A DNA stretch of 63,937 nucleotides, the filler included, from Candidatus Woesearchaeota archaeon (GTDB lineage Archaea; Nanobdellota; Nanobdellia; Woesearchaeales; J072), in assembly GCA_003695265.1 (NCBI GenBank). It is 4 parts of 4 records of this genome, joined end to end, with 100 filler letters (N's around TTAATTAATTAA, not from the genome) between each part and the next. Parts side by side here need not be neighbours in the genome. Positions count along the whole stretch, not along the records: positions 57,571 to 63,937 come from RFII01000080.1; 3 more parts are not named here. One strand, written 5' to 3'. The translations under genes and the position numbers were made by a program. Shown piece by piece: positions 61,453 through 63,937 of the stretch. The notes beneath the pieces are model-generated. The model was not told where the DNA came from, did no database searches, and worked only from the letters and a program-made list of their open reading frames with translations. Every line of letters starts with the position of its first letter. The first letter of the stretch is position 1.

Positions 61453-63066
61453 TTATTCAATAAACTGAGTTAGTTTCAAGTCACCCATAGGTTTTGGGCT
61501 GAAATTATATCTGAAAAAAGGGATTGAGTAATTATTAAGCAGGATAGTAAATTCTTTGCATGCGTCTTCAGCGTCTTTTAAGTTCACACGGTTTATGCTT
61601 ATCCTGTCTCCACCATTAAAGATTCTAAGCAGTTTCTCTCTTGCCTTAAAGAAATCCTTTGTTTCTTCAGAATAAAGGTCTTCTGACTTTCTTATCTGCA
61701 AATCCTTGTAAGTCTGTGTGCTGAGAAGCTTCTCATCTGCTTCTCTGAACACTGATGAGAACGCAATCCTGAACCTTGTCGGCATTCCACATGATTTGTA
61801 AATTGTCTCCTGTGAAAGACAAAATTTATTTATGAGGTTCTGCGAGCTCTTCAGCACCTCAAACAACAACTCTCTTTTTTCAGGATCAGCAACAACATAA
61901 TTCCAGAACCTTATGTAATTTCTGCTGAACAAAAAAAACTGCCTTTTTTCAGGGTTATTAAGTCTTGATACTTTTGACAGGAATTCCTGGCTGTTTCTTC
62001 TCTGCAACGAATTAGCTGCGAGAAGCGCTGTCGCAACCTGCTTTATCATGTACCTAAATTCTTTAGGCGTCTTGAATTTCCTAAAGAAGCGATTGTAATC
62101 AATTATCACCGAGCATTGCGAGCACACTAACCCTAAACTGTTGTCTTTAAACTCATTCTTATATATTTCCCACTCATCGTTGTTGAAAGTGTAGGTTCCT
62201 GCCTTTCCTACTAGGTAAGGAGACTCATGCAAATCCCTGTTTTTTATGAATATATGAGTGTTTTTTTTCGAGAAAATTTGCACTAATCCTTTGACTGCAG
62301 TGAAATGCGTGTGAAGCTCTCTTGGTTTGATGTCAAATATCACATCTATGTTCTCCATTTTTAGCTTTAAGAATTCCCTAAAAACAGCCAGCATGTTTTT
62401 TATCTCATGGTTCATATTCTCCATGTTTATTATCAAATTGATGTTTTTCCCATAATCCCTTGTTTGGACAAGCAGCTTTTTAAGAAAGCCCATTATTTCT
62501 TCAACCCGCCAGTTCTCAAAAACACATTCAAAATTATTCAAAGCAATAACATCATTGACTATTGAGAAACTGTCCTCAATGTCTTTCGAGAGTTGCTTTA
62601 AATAATCATAATTCTTTGTTTCAATAAGGATTGCGTTTAGCCTGTTCGACCACGATTCTGGCTGAAACTTAAACACTATTCCTTCCTGCTCATACCTTTC
62701 AATGGGCATTGCTGGCAGGCTCGGCTTTGTTATGATTATTTTTCTCTTGTACCTTTCTATCACGAACTCTTCGCCTGCCTCGAGCGCAAGCTTAAAATAC
62801 TTTATCCCCTTTCCTTCAACACGGCTTACCTCAATTATTTCTTCATCCACTAATTTGTTCAGATGATACAAGAGCTTTCGGTGCAGTTTTGCTTTCTTTC
62901 TTTTCGCACTGCTAACCTGTGTTCTGTCAGCAATCTCTGAATTTAGTACCTGCTCTATCTTGCTCCATTCATCTGGGTATACAGCTTTGACTAGCTCATC
63001 AGTAGAAAACTCTTTGTGCGCTGCCCCTTTGAACAAGCTGAGGATCTGGTACTCAGTCTCATGCAT
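61453..63066 (-). CDS. Large uncharacterised protein with N-terminal winged helix
   Basis: RKLLYHLNKLVDEEII..GIKYF wHTH pattern; abuts the TS-like gene. Confidence 0.6.
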   Translation of the reverse strand: MHETEYQILSLFKGAAHKEFSTDELVKAVYPDEWSKIEQVLNSEIADRTQVSSAKRKKAKLHRKLLYHLNKLVDEEIIEVSRVEGKGIKYFKLALEAGEEFVIERYKRKIIITKPSLPAMPIERYEQEGIVFKFQPESWSNRLNAILIETKNYDYLKQLSKDIEDSFSIVNDVIALNNFECVFENWRVEEIMGFLKKLLVQTRDYGKNINLIINMENMNHEIKNMLAVFREFLKLKMENIDVIFDIKPRELHTHFTAVKGLVQIFSKKNTHIFIKNRDLHESPYLVGKAGTYTFNNDEWEIYKNEFKDNSLGLVCSQCSVIIDYNRFFRKFKTPKEFRYMIKQVATALLAANSLQRRNSQEFLSKVSRLNNPEKRQFFLFSRNYIRFWNYVVADPEKRELLFEVLKSSQNLINKFCLSQETIYKSCGMPTRFRIAFSSVFREADEKLLSTQTYKDLQIRKSEDLYSEETKDFFKAREKLLRIFNGGDRISINRVNLKDAEDACKEFTILLNNYSIPFFRYNFSPKPMGDLKLTQFIE

Positions 63067-63106
63067 TCTAATAAAAGTATATTTTTTCTTTATATAAATC
63101 TTTTTT

Positions 63107-63180
63107 TGTTTCAGGAAAATTCTGAAACATCCGATTTTTGCTCTAAAATAATGTTTATATTTTCAGTAGATATCTGAAAC
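63107..63180. promoter_or_regulatory. Two TTTCAG-N7-CTGAAA palindromic operator-like sites in a divergent promoter region
   Basis: TGTTTCAG-GAAAATT-CTGAAACA (63107-63129) and TTTCAG-TAGATAT-CTGAAA (63161-63179). Confidence 0.6.
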
Positions 63181-63185
63181 ATAAA

Positions 63186-63464
63186 ATGCCTGTTACATAC
63201 CAAAAAATCAAGGGGGGAAATGTTGGTGATCGCAAAAGCAGCTCTGAACTTGAACAAAACTTATTGAATCGTGTCCAAAACCTTACTAACTCATTGATCT
63301 CTATTGGAAATAAGAACATACAGCCAGAAGTCCGTCGTGCATGGACTGAATCACTTGAGACAGAGCTAAACAGGGTAATACATCAATACGAACAACAGCG
63401 CGATCCGGAAATCCTAAGAGATTATGCTCGCTATCTTGAGCGGCAAGCCGCGTATTTTTTTTAA
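63186..63464 (+). CDS. Hypothetical protein
   Basis: 92 aa helical ORF downstream of operator-like sites. Confidence 0.45.
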   Translation: MPVTYQKIKGGNVGDRKSSSELEQNLLNRVQNLTNSLISIGNKNIQPEVRRAWTESLETELNRVIHQYEQQRDPEILRDYARYLERQAAYFF

Positions 63465-63485
63465 AAATGAGGGGGATGATAAAAA

Positions 63486-63937
63486 ATGATGTCAAAAAAA
63501 GACCTATTGCTTTTAACTGAATTTAGGAGGAACAGCAGAGAGACTTTGACAAGAATAAGCAGAAAAACAAAGGTTCCTGTCTCAACAATTTATGACAAGT
63601 TAAAATTTTACGAGGGCAACCTTATAAGAAAGCATACAACGCTAATCGATTTTACTAAGCTTGGGTTTAACACCAAGGCTAAGGTCTGCATAAAAGTGGA
63701 GCGTGAATTACGTGACGAGCTCAAAAATTTCTTAATAAAGAACCATAATGTAAACTCAGTGTACAAAATAAACAACGGCTTTGACTTCTTAGTCGAGGTT
63801 ATTACAAGGCAAATAAAGGACTTGGAAGACTTCATTGAGCTCCTAGAACAAAAATTCCCAGTGAAAGACCATAAAGTCTATTATGTTATTGACGACATAA
63901 AAAGAGAGGGTTTTCTTTCAAACCCCGAGCTTATAAG
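63486..63937 (+). CDS. Second Lrp/AsnC regulator, paralog of 60333-60779 (3' end outside window)
   Basis: Manual translation MMSKKDLLLLTEFRRNSRETLTRISRKTKVPVSTIYDKL...HTTLIDFTKLGF. Confidence 0.88.
   Translation, partial: MMSKKDLLLLTEFRRNSRETLTRISRKTKVPVSTIYDKLKFYEGNLIRKHTTLIDFTKLGFNTKAKVCIKVERELRDELKNFLIKNHNVNSVYKINNGFDFLVEVITRQIKDLEDFIELLEQKFPVKDHKVYYVIDDIKREGFLSNPELI

Overview
Chromosomal DNA of an archaeon, most consistent with a DPANN lineage such as Woesearchaeota (inferred from the split rpoB''/B' and rpoA'/A'', aRF1, aIF5A, fibrillarin/Nop5, NreA, TATA-type promoters and AT-rich compact layout). The window is four contigs joined by N-gaps carrying an artificial TTAATTAATTAA linker (16214-16313, 41013-41112, 57471-57570), so neighbourhoods across gaps are not meaningful. 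Content is mostly housekeeping: Rad50, the RNAP/S12/S7 operon, RFC-L, Val/Cys/Ala/Gly-tRNA synthetases, a type IV pilus locus, FtsZ, DNA ligase, XPD and GyrB. The most unusual signals are non-coding. All five tRNA genes (Pro, Tyr, Asp, Lys, Gln) are split by 2-3 BHB-type introns each, 12 in total, and every one has a T-loop 59/60 intron. Two of these tRNAs have a small PD-(D/E)XK nuclease gene converging on their 3' end. A ~100 bp MITE-like family with GGTTAAGTCAA terminal inverted repeats occurs three times, and a GGGGTTCAAGGGG..CCCCATTG palindromic repeat family appears to be a nested insertion target. Bacterial-type genes in this archaeon include fabH, guaC, gyrB and a protein with a T9SS/FlgD-like C-terminal domain. 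A terminal cluster encodes an aspartic protease, a RimK-AbrB fusion, two Lrp paralogs, a large wHTH protein and a thymidylate synthase homolog whose catalytic Cys is replaced by Ser.
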